DNA of 20,000 bases from Folioceros fuciformis (Eukaryota), in contig JBNGIO010006379.1 of NCBI GenBank assembly GCA_049999805.1, positions 1,049,380 through 1,069,379 on the forward strand. The letters run 5' to 3'. This document shows, one piece after another, positions 19,635 to 20,000 of the stretch. Position 1 is the stretch's first letter; each line of letters starts with the position of its first letter. Made by a program: the position numbers and the translations under genes. Under the pieces are notes generated by a model, which ran no database searches, was not told the DNA's origin, and saw only the letters and a program-made list of their open reading frames with translations.

Positions 19635-20000
19635 GCATATGAAGAATACTAGATGTTGAAGATAGGTACTGGTTCGTAGCACGAAGAACATTAAATGTCA
19701 TGGTTGGTGAGCACTCCAAAATGCTCACCAACGGCATCATCCTAATCATAAAAGACAACCATAAGGCACTATCTTCATGAGATAAATTCATGAATATATT
19801 TAAAGGTTGAATCCTTCAAAAGCTCAAAACTTGCTTCTCTATTTCAAAAGTCACCTAAATAATAATAATAATAAATCCCACGTGTATAACTACCATAACA
19901 CTCTACTGAAAACACAACCCTAAACCCAAGTGAAAGGAAGCCCAGTCCCAATGCTCTTTGCACGTACCTAGACAAGAGCATGTGAAGAGGTTTAGCGGGA

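Larger units (their letters stand above)
17880..19791 (-). pseudogene. Harbinger (HARBI1/DDE_Tnp_4-like) transposase pseudogene
   Basis: Motifs occur in the expected order on the minus strand: FWHIMLLGTY..KFR, KQDTNFKKAMSLDVLVTVALHTLSS, YIQWPSLDRM..DFE, VGAIDGSHIPIIAPKQNLVDYYS*IGFHNCLLQ (~19005-18910), YALLGEYGYWPRIYMLTP, ANWNFIHS, MVMEHAFGILKSRWCVLLKR, IVFA*LVLNNVCIAH. Many stops and frameshifts, internal duplications and an LTR insertion. Ends are approximate. Confidence 0.92.
15751..20000. mobile_element. Decayed two-gene PIF/Harbinger DNA transposon (Myb/trihelix gene and DDE transposase, tail-to-tail)
   Basis: Both diagnostic Harbinger genes lie adjacent and convergent, each with multiple stops. 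Tandem arrays lie at the left side. The left end is a guess from a TIR-like GGGCTAATCCACATTGCG at 15751; no matching right TIR is seen in the window. Confidence 0.8.

Overview
Eukaryotic, land-plant-type genomic DNA. Compact genes with short GT-AG introns suggest a seed-free plant such as a bryophyte or lycophyte (inference only). There are two intact, convergent host genes, reconstructed exon by exon: an RHF2A-like RING-H2 E3 ligase (+, 1900-4187, 8 exons, ~420 aa) and a FORGETTER1/Strawberry-notch helicase-PHD gene (-, 13947-6415, 32 exons, ~1271 aa, one GC-AG intron). The flanks are decayed transposon DNA: an L1-type LINE ORF2 relic (1-~1300), a probable Harbinger transposase relic between the genes (~4900-5230), and a dead two-gene PIF/Harbinger element (~15750 to near or beyond the window end). 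That element carries a Myb/trihelix gene (+), a DDE transposase (-) interrupted by a 293-bp solo LTR with a perfect 5-bp TSD, and two structured tandem arrays. I found no evidence for a wholly new protein system. The most unusual signals are the many two-copy tandem duplications confined to non-genic DNA, a 50-bp array whose hairpin co-varies between copies, the readable order of nested mutation and insertion events, and a uORF whose stop overlaps the RING gene start codon. Family assignments rest on motifs recognised from memory; no database search was run.
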